A stretch of DNA of 64,000 nucleotides from a virus (lineage: Duplodnaviria; Caudoviricetes), in IMG/VR virus record IMGVR_UViG_3300037067_009128, positions 32,001 through 96,000 of that record. The stretch is one strand, 5' to 3'. Both the position numbers and the translations under genes were made by a program. The notes below the pieces were generated by a model, which did not search any database, was not told where the DNA came from, and worked only from the letters and a program-made list of their open reading frames with translations. Positions 31,631 to 42,070 of the stretch are shown one piece after another; position 1 is the stretch's first letter, and every line of letters begins with the position of its first letter.

Positions 31631-34384
31631 ATGAATGAAGAAGAAGTTAAAAAGATCTTAGAAGAATTAAATTTTGAATTAAATACCCCAAAATTCTTAA
31701 ATTGGCTTTATGAGACAGGTAATATAAAAGTCTTGAAAGATTCAGTAGAAAATTTATTGTATTTATTAATTAGTTATAAGGAAAACAAATAAGTGGAAAA
31801 AGAAATAAAGATCAGTTCTAATGGTGGAAAAACTCCAGAAGATTTGCTTAAAGAATGGTCTGCTAACCAAACAGAATTAGTAGTAAATACTTTTGTGAAT
31901 AATACCAATGGTTTATGTGGATTATTCATAAGCAAAAAAGGTGATATGAATCAGATCATCGATATTTATATTAAGAACGATCCTCCACAACTGCCATCAC
32001 CGAGGTGAATGTATACGGATCATTTCGGGGGATATAAGATGTCTCTTTTAACCTAATAAGATTCATTTTATATTCAAAAATCAAAGATCACTTATATTTG
32101 TAAGTGCCTACGGGAATAATATAGTATTAAAGAATATGTCTATAAGGAATCCATTGAATCCAAGATAAATTGATATATTATTAATTTGTATATTACAATT
32201 TATATTATATAAAAATTTAAATGTTATAAAGTATAAATCATATCCAAAAGAATAAATTAATAATGATCACATATACCATGTCCACCTCAAAATACCTTCA
32301 CGGCTGCTCATCACAAATGAATTAAAGAAGAATTAATTTTGATTTGTTCAAAAAATAAATAATTGAAAAAAGAAACACTCACTTAATCTAATAGGAGTTT
32401 TATTATGGCAAAAGTTAAAGTTAATAATCCAAAAGAAATAAAAAATCAAGCATCTTTATCAATCCCTGGGATTGATTTAACCAATGAAGATCTGAAACAA
32501 TTCAAGGCTAAACTTATTGATGGCCTTATTGACAAGATACTTGACACTACAGTTATTGAAAATGCAGTAAGTAATATTATTTCTGATCTTAATATAAATA
32601 TCAATATTCCTACAATTAATATTCCTATTGAAAAAGTACAAAAAACAGTTGAAAAATTATTAATAGATGATTTGAAAATGAATCCCGAAAATTACGTAAA
32701 CAGTAATTCACTTTCAAAAGGTCTTTCTATAAAAATAGTAGCTAAAGATTAAAAAGAGGTAAAAGATTTATGCCAAAAGTAAATAAAAGAGTTGCTAGAA
32801 AAGATTATCCTGAATTTGGGATTCTTAAAGGTGAAGAATATTACAATTGGGCTTTTAATTATGGTCCTAAGTTTAAAAGCAAAACTCCTCCTACAAGAAG
32901 TCAACTAACTCAAAGTAGTTTCTTAAAGAATCTTTATGATATCCAAGATGGATTGGATAAAAGATTTAAAGATACTACTTATGACTCATTTGATAGTGAT
33001 CTTCAAGAATTAGTTGATGATATAACTTCTTTAAAAGATGAATGTGAAAATAGTCTTGACAATATACCAGAACAATTAAGAGAAGCTCCTGCAGGTAGTA
33101 CTTTACAAGAAAGAATTGATGCACTTGAAGAATGGATATCAGAATTAGAAGGAGTACAAATTGAAGAACTTGATGAAGAAAATCCTGATAATAAACAAGA
33201 TGAAGCATTAACAAATGCAATAGAAGAAGCTTTATCAACAACATGTAACTTATAAAAAGAGACTAGAATGATTAATTATTGTACTATAGAAGAAATAGAA
33301 TCTTATTTTACAAAAACATGTATTGAATTATTACAAAAATGCAAAGATCCTGGGTACATAGTTCTTGGTAAGAATATTTATAATATGTTTTGTACTAAAA
33401 AAGAAAGATTAGTTGACCATTTAGATATAAATGGAATGACATTAGAAGTTGTATTACTATTTGGTGATGATGTAGTTGATTATTTTGAAGTTTGTTTAAG
33501 ATATCCAAGTTCAAATTTTATAGAAAGGAATTAAAATGAAAAATAAATTTGAACCAAATATATGGGTTATAATAATAAGTTTAATTTTAACAATAGTGTT
33601 TGGGGTTTTATCATTTCCTTTAATTAAAAAACTTTTTATTTGGGGATATCAATAAAACAAGAGGTATTAAAATGAGTCTTATTTATTGTTTAGTAAAAAA
33701 TAATGGGAAAATCATTGCTTCTGAAGAAGATGATAAAGTTAATTATCATATAAGACATAGTGCATTAAAAGGTAATTGGAATTTAGTTGTTGATTTACAA
33801 GATGTAATAATCTACCATTGTCAAGATACTGATTATTTTATTATAAATGATTGTGGATTATCAACTATTTATGAATTAAAAGGATATAAATAGTTATGGA
33901 TATTAAAACTTGGTTAAAGACAAATGAGAAAGAACTTGATTACATAAATGAAAATGTAGGATTGGCTATTGATGATAATAGTAGAGAACTCCGCAAGATA
34001 TACTGGAATAACGGAAGACATGTTGCCGTAAACTATTGTGGAGGAGGAATTGAAATATATCATATTTATGTAAATGGGGTTAGACTAATAGAACTGTATC
34101 ACAAGTATCATTCTGCAAAACAGTTCTTTTATTTAAAAGTAAACAGAAATGGAAAAGAAATTGAAGAATATTATGATACAGTCACTGATAAATGTATGTT
34201 TGAAATAAATTTTGATAAAATGAAAATATTATTAGACGAATGGTTAAAGTTTATGGTTACAAAATGTAAACTGAGAGAACGTATTAAAAAAGCACAAGAT
34301 GAGTATAATGAAAAAGAAAAGAAAAAACAACATCAAATTAAATATGAAAAAGAATTAAAAGTAATCAATAAGTATATACTATAG
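31631..34384 (+). CDS. Run of small hypothetical proteins (31631-31792, 31793-32008, 32405-32752, 32770-33255, 33268-33534, 33672-33893, 33896-34384)
   Basis: ORF track, SD-like sequences upstream. Confidence 0.6.
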
Positions 34385-34511
34385 GATATTAATGAGACAA
34401 ACTATGATTTTTGAATGGGAAAAAAATTGGAATAAAAGAGATGAAGATAATTTAAAACATTCAATAGATTTAATGAAAAAAAGTTTAAAAAAGAATCAAA
34501 AAAGGAAATTA

Positions 34512-35078
34512 ATGAATATAGGAACTAAATCATTATTATTTGGGGCACATCAATTTGTCATTCATCCAATCTTTGTATTAATTGCTTGGATTAAACTTTA
34601 TGGATTTCCTTGGGATTTTCGTATTTGGATTGCAATAATTATACATGATTGGGGATATTGGGGTAAACCTAATATGGATGGTAAAGAAGGTGATACACAT
34701 CCATTGTTTGCTGCAAAGATTATGTATAAACTCTTTGGATGGAAATGGCATGATTTTTGTCTTTACCATTCAAGGTATTATGCTAAAAAGGATAATAGTA
34801 TACCATCAAAATTATGTATGGCAGATAAATTTAGTAATTATTATATTAATGGTAAACTTTATTTATTTTTGGTTAACCTTACAGGTGAAATTAAAGAGTA
34901 TATGGATTTATCAAAGAAAAGAGAAGGTTCAAGTGAACAAATAAATAAGTATGAAAGTATGAACCTAAATTCTGAAGATCAGGTTTTATGGTTCAAAGGT
35001 GTACAGTCTTATTTATATAGATGGGTCATGAAACATAAAGATTGTGATAAATCTGATACTTGGACACCAGAATTATAA
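34512..35078 (+). CDS. HD-domain phosphohydrolase-like protein
   Basis: H...IIHDWG...HP...YHS...MADK; start at ATG 34512 after AAAGGA. Confidence 0.6.
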   Translation: MNIGTKSLLFGAHQFVIHPIFVLIAWIKLYGFPWDFRIWIAIIIHDWGYWGKPNMDGKEGDTHPLFAAKIMYKLFGWKWHDFCLYHSRYYAKKDNSIPSKLCMADKFSNYYINGKLYLFLVNLTGEIKEYMDLSKKREGSSEQINKYESMNLNSEDQVLWFKGVQSYLYRWVMKHKDCDKSDTWTPEL

Positions 35079-35172
35079 TTTTATTTCAAAAACTCGTAAG
35101 ACTTTGTTCTTTATATATTATTATATAAAACAATTTCTTTATTTATTAAACTAATAGAAAGGAGACATAAAA

Positions 35173-35418
35173 ATGTCAGAAGAAGCAAAAGCCCCAGTAG
35201 TTGAGAAGACGGCAACATTAGCAGATCAGCAATTTGAATTAATCACAAACGTTATTAACGAAGATCTTGCAAAAGATTTTGAGAAATTCTTCGATAAGAA
35301 TCAGAAAGCTGCTTCAAGACGTATAAATCGTGCAATGACCGATTTAAGAAAAGTAACAAAGTCAATTAAACTTGCTATTAAAGAACATAAAGCTTCAATG
35401 GTGAAAGTTACAGAATAA
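35173..35418 (+). CDS. Histone H1-like (Hc1-type) protein
   Basis: DFEKFFDKNQKAASRRINRAMTDLRK resembles the Hc1 core; followed by a terminator. Confidence 0.7.
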   Translation: MSEEAKAPVVEKTATLADQQFELITNVINEDLAKDFEKFFDKNQKAASRRINRAMTDLRKVTKSIKLAIKEHKASMVKVTE

Positions 35419-35455
35419 ACTTTTGGTCTAAAAGACGATCGGTGAGACAACTAAG

Positions 35456-35488
35456 ATAGGGAGTTTTTTAAAGATTTCTCCCTATTTT
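35456..35488 (+). terminator. Intrinsic terminator
   Basis: ATAGGGAG/CTCCCTAT stem plus T-tract. Confidence 0.75.
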
Positions 35489-35559
35489 GGTGTGAAAGGA
35501 ACAATTATATTTGTAAATAAAAACAAATTGAAATTTGAACTTTTTAATTAAGGAATAAA

Positions 35560-36654
35560 ATGGTATTTCCTAAAAATATTACTTATTTAAATATATCTAT
35601 TACTAATCAATGTAATTTTAAATGTTCTTATTGTTATAAAAATAATAAATCAAAAGAACAATCAATTGATATGAGTTTTGATGATTTAGATAAAATTTTA
35701 AAAGCTTTATCCTTGAACAGTGATAGAAAATTACCTTTAACATGTTTTATTTCTGGAGGAGAACCTCTTTTAACAGATCATTTGAGTTTAATTACTCTTA
35801 TAAATAAATATAATAAAATTAAATTTCAAATATCCACTAATGGGTCTATAAAGATAGAAGATTATTTTATAAATGGTCTTATCAATAAAAATATATCTTG
35901 GGTATTATCTTATGATGGGGTAATGTGTAATCAACGTATGGGGTTTGATAAAATTACATTTAATCATAATATAGATATTTTAACTAATAATGAATTTCAT
36001 GTTCATTTAAATCCAACTTATAACCATAATAATATCAAAAACATGGTTCATATTTATTATGAAGAATTAATAAATACAAATAAGTACATAACTTATGGTT
36101 GGAATTTAGCTAAAGCAGTAACAACAGCTTTCCCAGATAATTACTATAAAGAATTTACTGATGCAATGTTTTTTATATTAAACGATATTTCTGAAAGAAA
36201 ATATAAGTATGTACCTTTATATATAAAAGGATTAATAGGTTTAAAACTTGTAGGTAGTTTATCTCCTCATTGTTATCATAAATATCGTAATATTATTGAT
36301 GTTTATGGGAATATTTATAGGTGTAATATTATAAGTCAAAATACTGATTTTAGACATGGTAATATTCATGATGATTTATATTATAACTATATAAACTACA
36401 ATTATAAATTTAATCTAAAACTTAATAAAGTAGAAGATTTCATAAATAATTATAGACATGATTTTGATTGTAAATTGATATGTACATTGCATCCAAAAGT
36501 TTATACTATTTTAGATACTTTAATTGATGAATTTATAATAAAAGCACCTAGTAATGTATCATTAGATTCTATAAGTTTTTACAATAAATGTTATCCAACT
36601 GGATTTTGTTTAGGTACAAATATGAATGCACCAGCATTTAATTTTAATTTATAA
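35560..36654 (+). CDS. Radical SAM protein with SPASM/twitch-like C-terminus
   Basis: CNFKCSYC, SGGEPLL, STNG, SYDG, C...IDVYGNIYRC. Confidence 0.9.
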   Translation: MVFPKNITYLNISITNQCNFKCSYCYKNNKSKEQSIDMSFDDLDKILKALSLNSDRKLPLTCFISGGEPLLTDHLSLITLINKYNKIKFQISTNGSIKIEDYFINGLINKNISWVLSYDGVMCNQRMGFDKITFNHNIDILTNNEFHVHLNPTYNHNNIKNMVHIYYEELINTNKYITYGWNLAKAVTTAFPDNYYKEFTDAMFFILNDISERKYKYVPLYIKGLIGLKLVGSLSPHCYHKYRNIIDVYGNIYRCNIISQNTDFRHGNIHDDLYYNYINYNYKFNLKLNKVEDFINNYRHDFDCKLICTLHPKVYTILDTLIDEFIIKAPSNVSLDSISFYNKCYPTGFCLGTNMNAPAFNFNL

Positions 36655-36665
36655 AAAGGAGTAAA

Positions 36666-38015
36666 ATGGAGAATAGTTTTATAAAAATAGCAGAATGTTT
36701 CAATAAAATAAAAGAAACATCTTCAAGTAATGAGAAGAAAAAAATCTTAGAAAGTTTTTCTGGATCAATTTCTGATATAAAGATCATATTATCATTAACA
36801 TATGATCCGTATATTATGTATTATGTAAATAAAGTAGATCTTGAGAATTTTAATGATCATGCATTGTTTTTAGGTGAATTTGATGTTGATGCTCTTTTAG
36901 ATTATCTAGGGCCTCTTACTGAAAGGAAGATTTCTGGACATGATGCATTAAATCATGTTTGTAGGATTTATAATTTACTTCCCGTTAAGTTTCAACCATA
37001 TTTAGAAAAGATTTTATGTAAAGATTTAAAAATAGGTCTTGCAACGGGTTTAATCAATCAAGTATTTCCTGGTTTGATTCCAGAATTTGACTTAGCACTC
37101 TGTGAGAGATTTAAGAAAATCAAATTGAATCAAATTAAATACCCAGTCTATGTTGAACCTAAAATTGATGGGACTCGTGCATTAGCTTTTGTTTATGAAG
37201 ATCATGTTGAAATAAAAGCAAGATCGGGTATTAAGTTTGAAAATTTTAAAGTAATAGAACAAGAATTATTAGCAATTTCTGCTTTTATTGGGTATGTACT
37301 TGATGGAGAAATACAAGATGTTGATTTTCAAACTACAATGAATAATGCTCGTAGAGTACATGATGCTCAAGCAGACAATGCAATATTTAAAATCTGGGAT
37401 AAACTCTCAATAACTGAGTTTATGTTAAAACAATGTAAGTCATCACTTGAAGAAAGAAAACATGATTTAAGAGATATTTTTAATTATGTTAGTAATAATA
37501 TCTCTTTTTATCATTTGGAGTTAATCCCTTATGATATATGTGATTCATTTGAAGAAATACTGAAAGAATTTGAATATTGGAAATTTGAGAAAGGTGAAGA
37601 AGGAGTTGTTGTAAAAGATCCACATTCAAAATATCCCTTTAAAAGAGACAGAGTTTGGTGGAAATTCAAGATTAGAGACTATTCTGAAGTAAAAGGTGAT
37701 AAATCTAAATGTGAATGTTCTGCTCAGATTTTAGATTATTATAAAGGTGAACAAGGTACTAAATACGAAAATTCATTAGGTGGTTTTGTTTGTAAAACTG
37801 TAATAAATGGGGAAAATGTATACTTTAATGTTGGTGGTGGTTTTTCAGATGAACAAAGAGAAGATTTTATTAAAAGACCTCAAGATATAATAGAATATTT
37901 TCCAATAATAGATGTTAGTTATGAGGAGGTTACTAAAAATAAAAAAGGGACTTTGTCTTTACGACATCCAATCTTTCTTAGAATTAGAGAAGACTTAAAC
38001 TCTATTGATGAATAA
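36666..38015 (+). CDS. ATP-dependent DNA ligase
   Basis: EPKIDGTR, LDGEI, EEGVVVK, WWKFK, VGGGFSD, SLRHPIF. Confidence 0.95.
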   Translation: MENSFIKIAECFNKIKETSSSNEKKKILESFSGSISDIKIILSLTYDPYIMYYVNKVDLENFNDHALFLGEFDVDALLDYLGPLTERKISGHDALNHVCRIYNLLPVKFQPYLEKILCKDLKIGLATGLINQVFPGLIPEFDLALCERFKKIKLNQIKYPVYVEPKIDGTRALAFVYEDHVEIKARSGIKFENFKVIEQELLAISAFIGYVLDGEIQDVDFQTTMNNARRVHDAQADNAIFKIWDKLSITEFMLKQCKSSLEERKHDLRDIFNYVSNNISFYHLELIPYDICDSFEEILKEFEYWKFEKGEEGVVVKDPHSKYPFKRDRVWWKFKIRDYSEVKGDKSKCECSAQILDYYKGEQGTKYENSLGGFVCKTVINGENVYFNVGGGFSDEQREDFIKRPQDIIEYFPIIDVSYEEVTKNKKGTLSLRHPIFLRIREDLNSIDE

Positions 38016-38160
38016 ATTTAAGGAATAAAAAAGAATAATTATATTTGTAATTCAAATAAAATTTAATTATTTTTAATAAAAATTTAAAGGGTAATATGGG
38101 AGTATTTTACATTATTATAATATTTGTAATTATCTCATTAATTCTTGAGTTTTGTTATGC

Positions 38161-38200
38161 TTTATTTTTATTAAGTTTATTTTTATTAAGTTTATTTTTA
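38161..38200. repeat. 15-bp tandem repeat TTTATTTTTATTAAG x2.7
   Basis: Read directly. Confidence 0.8.
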
Positions 38201-38807
38201 ATTATAAGGATTGGTCAATCTATATGGAGAAAGTTAAAATTTTAGGATTCTGTGATGGTCAACCCATAGGAACAATATATCATTTATCAAATAGTTATAT
38301 TTTATTTAATATTAAAGATGATAATAAAGGAAATTTCAATAGTGATGATATCATAAATATAAAACTGTCTAGTCCCCATTTAGAGTTTTTATATGAAAGT
38401 AATTATCAAAAAATAGAAGATATAGAAAAGATGTTTAATTATGAGGTTGTTTATAATAAATCATTAATAGAAAAAGAGGTAATATTTAATTCAAATGATA
38501 TAATTGATGATGGTTTATTATTTGATATAGCTTCAAGATGGATGGCAGATCCTGAGAAATTTTATGTAAATTAAAGAAAGGAAAATTAGATCTATGTTAG
38601 GAAGTATTAAATTATTAGGGTTACTTATTATTAATAATAAAATTAGTTTAAAAAGTTTAATTTTGTGGTATAATATTACAAAGAAACTTTTGATTTTAAG
38701 ATTGAAATTTAATTATAATTAATGAAAACAAAGATTGTTTATATTTGCAATGTGTTATTTTTCTATTTATTAAAACAATTCAATCAATAAATTAAGGAGA
38801 ACCTAAA

Positions 38808-39221
38808 ATGAGTAATGGTGTTAGTGCTTTGAAAAAATTAAAAAAATCACCTAAAACTACAGAAGATGCTGCAACTGTAAAAACAGAAGCACCTGTAAAG
38901 ACTGATGTTCCAGCTGCTGCTTTGGCTGCAACAAATGGTGGTGAAAAAACAAAGAAAGGTTCTGGGTTAATTCCACGAACGAAAGATCCTGAAAAAGCAA
39001 AACTTGAAGCTGATACTCAAGCTGCTATTACAGAATTATTAAAAGCTTCAAAAGATGGTTTAATGGCTACTGATCTTCGATTAAAACTCTGGCCTACTCT
39101 TGCAGAAGATGAAGTTAAAGAAACTGAAAGATTCATTCGTCAGCAATGTAGAGCAATGGGTTGTGATTCAGTTCCTATTGAAGGCAGCCGTAAGGTAAAA
39201 TACACATTACCTAAAAAGTAA
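38808..39221 (+). CDS. Lys/Ala-rich N-terminus plus winged-helix-like DNA-binding protein
   Basis: Low-complexity N-half; own promoter motif (38733) and terminator. Confidence 0.55.
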   Translation: MSNGVSALKKLKKSPKTTEDAATVKTEAPVKTDVPAAALAATNGGEKTKKGSGLIPRTKDPEKAKLEADTQAAITELLKASKDGLMATDLRLKLWPTLAEDEVKETERFIRQQCRAMGCDSVPIEGSRKVKYTLPKK

Positions 39222-39244
39222 AATAAGAAAGTCAAATATATAAG

Positions 39245-39270
39245 AAAGGGCAATTCTCATTGCCCTTTTT
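39245..39270 (+). terminator. Intrinsic terminator
   Basis: AAAGGGCAAT-TCTC-ATTGCCCTTT-TT. Confidence 0.85.
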
Positions 39271-39303
39271 GATTTTTAAGAAATATTTACTAAGGAATGA
39301 TAA

Positions 39304-40073
39304 ATGGAAGCTTCAATAAGTCTTAATGTAAATGATTTAATCTCATCTTTAAAAAATACTCCACAAGTCCCAAGATACAAAATAATAAACGGTCAAAGAA
39401 TTAAAATTGAAGAATATAACAATCTTGAAAATCAAGAAAAAGAAAATTTACTCTTCAAAGATGAAATAGACTATTCTGTTATAGATGATGAACTTTATGA
39501 ATTAGATAAAGAATGGAAAACAGAAATTGACCCTGTTATGAAACAGATTTTATCTTTGAAATATGACTTGATAATTTTCCAATTCTTTCATCATGAAGAG
39601 GATGTCAATTTAATTACTGAATTAACAAATCATCTTAACGATTTAACAAAATTATTAAAGAAATGAATAAATCTGATTTTAAAATATATGACCCAGTTAA
39701 ATTTGAATTGATGATTAATCAAGTTATCAGAAATGATGATTATCCTTTTAATTTTAAATGTAATATAAGAGTATGGGTAAAAGACAAAGAGATACCAGTA
39801 GTAAAAAATGCTTTTGAATTTAATCCTCTGTTATTGAAAAATTTAGATGATTTTATAAAGTTTAAAACTCATAAGTATTTTCCAGGGAAACATAAGAATT
39901 ATTTTATTAAAGAAATCAAAGATCAATTAAATTTAATTGATTTCGTTTTAATTGTAAAAGATAGAGAAAATAATGATTTTACTATAAAATTATATTTTGA
40001 TACTTCTACAAAACAATATATTATCACATCTGTAGAATCAAATTCTCTTTATCCAAAGGGCTCACAATTATAA
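39304..40073 (+). CDS. Two hypothetical proteins (39304-39666, 39663-40073)
   Basis: ORF track. Confidence 0.65.
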
Positions 40074-40158
40074 ATCTGATGACTGGATGAATTAATTTAT
40101 AATTGTTGATTTTCATTTTATAAATAAATTTAATAAAATAATTTAAAGGAGATTTTTT

Positions 40159-40551
40159 ATGGACCCTAACAAATTGAAGAATCTAAAATCCCTATCAAAC
40201 AAAGGAAAAAAAGATTCAGAAACTAAAAAAACTGAAGAAGTTGCAAAAACAGAAACACCTTCTGAAACAAAACCAGAAGTAAAATCTGAAGCAAAATCAG
40301 ATACAGCAGCAACAGTTAAGAAAGCAAAGAAAGGTTTTGATGAAGCTAAACTTGAAGAATATGTAAAAATACTTTCTGATGGGAATGCTCATTCAATTCA
40401 TGGCTTGCTTGACCATTTTAAACTTGATCACACAAGTTCTGGTAGAGAAGTCTTAAGGACAGCTAACAGGACTATCAATCAGACAGGTAAATTCAAAATA
40501 GAAACTATGTTTGTTGATAGTAAAAAAGCTAATAAATTAGTTAAATTATAA
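40159..40551 (+). CDS. Lys/Glu-rich N-terminus plus winged-helix-like DNA-binding protein
   Basis: ILSDGNAHSIHGLLDHF HTH-like segment; strong SD; terminator. Confidence 0.55.
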   Translation: MDPNKLKNLKSLSNKGKKDSETKKTEEVAKTETPSETKPEVKSEAKSDTAATVKKAKKGFDEAKLEEYVKILSDGNAHSIHGLLDHFKLDHTSSGREVLRTANRTINQTGKFKIETMFVDSKKANKLVKL

Positions 40552-40576
40552 ATTATTTTTCTTATTTGATTCATTG

Positions 40577-40604
40577 AGAGGACAACTTTAAATTGTCCTC
40601 TTTT
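40577..40604 (+). terminator. Intrinsic terminator
   Basis: AGAGGACAA-7nt-TTGTCCTCT-TTT. Confidence 0.85.
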
Positions 40605-41194
40605 AATATTAAGGATGTTTATGTTTGATGGAATTTCGTTGGTTATTTTTATCGTAATCATCTGGTTGATTAGGATTTTAATTGAACAAAATAGAGAATT
40701 AAAATCATACAGAAAGATATTTAAATTCAATAAGAGTGAATTAAAAATTTTTAAAGAAAAAACTTTTATTTACAGTTATATTCAATTTAGACTTTTTATT
40801 CTTAGGGTTAAAAGATTAAATCTAAGAATAAAAAGAATTAAAACAGAAGAAGATATTGATTTTGTAATAAAAGAATTCTAAAACTTAAAAAAGGAGTGAT
40901 TATGTACAATTATATTTATTCTCATATTCGCTATAATGCAATTATATCTATTATTGCTGATAATAAAAAAATAGCAGATGCTATTTTTAAAGAAATTGTT
41001 GGTAAAAATAAAAATTTTTGGGATTTTATAGAAAGGATAAAAAACTAAATGGAACCGAAAGTAAAAATTGTAATATTTGATGATGAAAGTTTTAAAGTCT
41101 GTTCAGAACTTCAAGCTAAAGAATACGAAAATAACCCAGAATGGCTTATGACTTTAGATTTAAACTGGATTAATGAATTAGCAAAGGAAGTAAA

Positions 41195-42022
41195 ATGAGA
41201 ATATATCAAACACTTTATGAATGTACTTCTGAAACAGAGAGGAATCTTTGGGAAATGGGTATTGACGTACCCATCAAAACAATGCAAAATAAAAAAGTTG
41301 AAGGTGATCCAAATTTGGGGATGACTAAAGAGATTATGGGTGAGACTTATAAAATAATAGATCCTTTAAATATTGAAGGAATCATTAAAGCATATAATCA
41401 TATGTTTAAATTTGATTCAAAAAATTTAAAAATTAGTGAAGAAGTAAATAAAAACTTACATTGGGTTCAAGAAGAATTTAAAGAAAGAATTTTTAATCCT
41501 AGTAAAGGTAATTGTGATTTTATTAATCCTGGGGAAGCTTGGGAAATCAGAAAAGAAACTTGGGAACCATTTTTAGTAAATGGTAAATTTGAGTATACTT
41601 ATAATGAAAGATTGCGTGCATTTAATCAATTACAAAAAGTAATTAATCATTTAAAATCTGATATCAATTCAAGAAGAGCAGTAATTAATATATATATAGG
41701 TCCACCATTTTCAGGTTATTTTAATGATGAGGATGGTATTTGTGATGGTTATGAACCAGGAGATCTACAAGGACTTAAAGATATTAAAAGAGTTCCATGT
41801 TCAGTTACTTATTCATTTTTATATAGAGAAAATAAGTTACATACATTTTACCATATGAGAAGTTCTGATTTTTATTTACATTGGATTAACGATATGCATC
41901 TTGCAGCAAAATTCGGTAAGTATGTTGCAGATGAATTGAAAGTTGATTCAGGTGAATTGATAGTTTATATCAATTCATTACATGCATATTACGGTGAACT
42001 TAAAAAAAGAAAGATATTTTAA
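41195..42022 (+). CDS. Thymidylate-synthase-fold protein 2 (dCMP hydroxymethylase/methylase-like)
   Basis: YTYNER, SRRA, VPCS, MRSSDFYLHWIND, SLHAY. Confidence 0.85.
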   Translation: MRIYQTLYECTSETERNLWEMGIDVPIKTMQNKKVEGDPNLGMTKEIMGETYKIIDPLNIEGIIKAYNHMFKFDSKNLKISEEVNKNLHWVQEEFKERIFNPSKGNCDFINPGEAWEIRKETWEPFLVNGKFEYTYNERLRAFNQLQKVINHLKSDINSRRAVINIYIGPPFSGYFNDEDGICDGYEPGDLQGLKDIKRVPCSVTYSFLYRENKLHTFYHMRSSDFYLHWINDMHLAAKFGKYVADELKVDSGELIVYINSLHAYYGELKKRKIF

Positions 42023-42070
42023 AAACTTTACTTATGATGGAGTTGATTATATTGATTGTAATTAAAAAGA

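Noticed and set aside
40077-40115. CTGATGA resembling a hammerhead ribozyme core
   Set aside because: No stem II, GAAA or correctly placed cleavage triplet.
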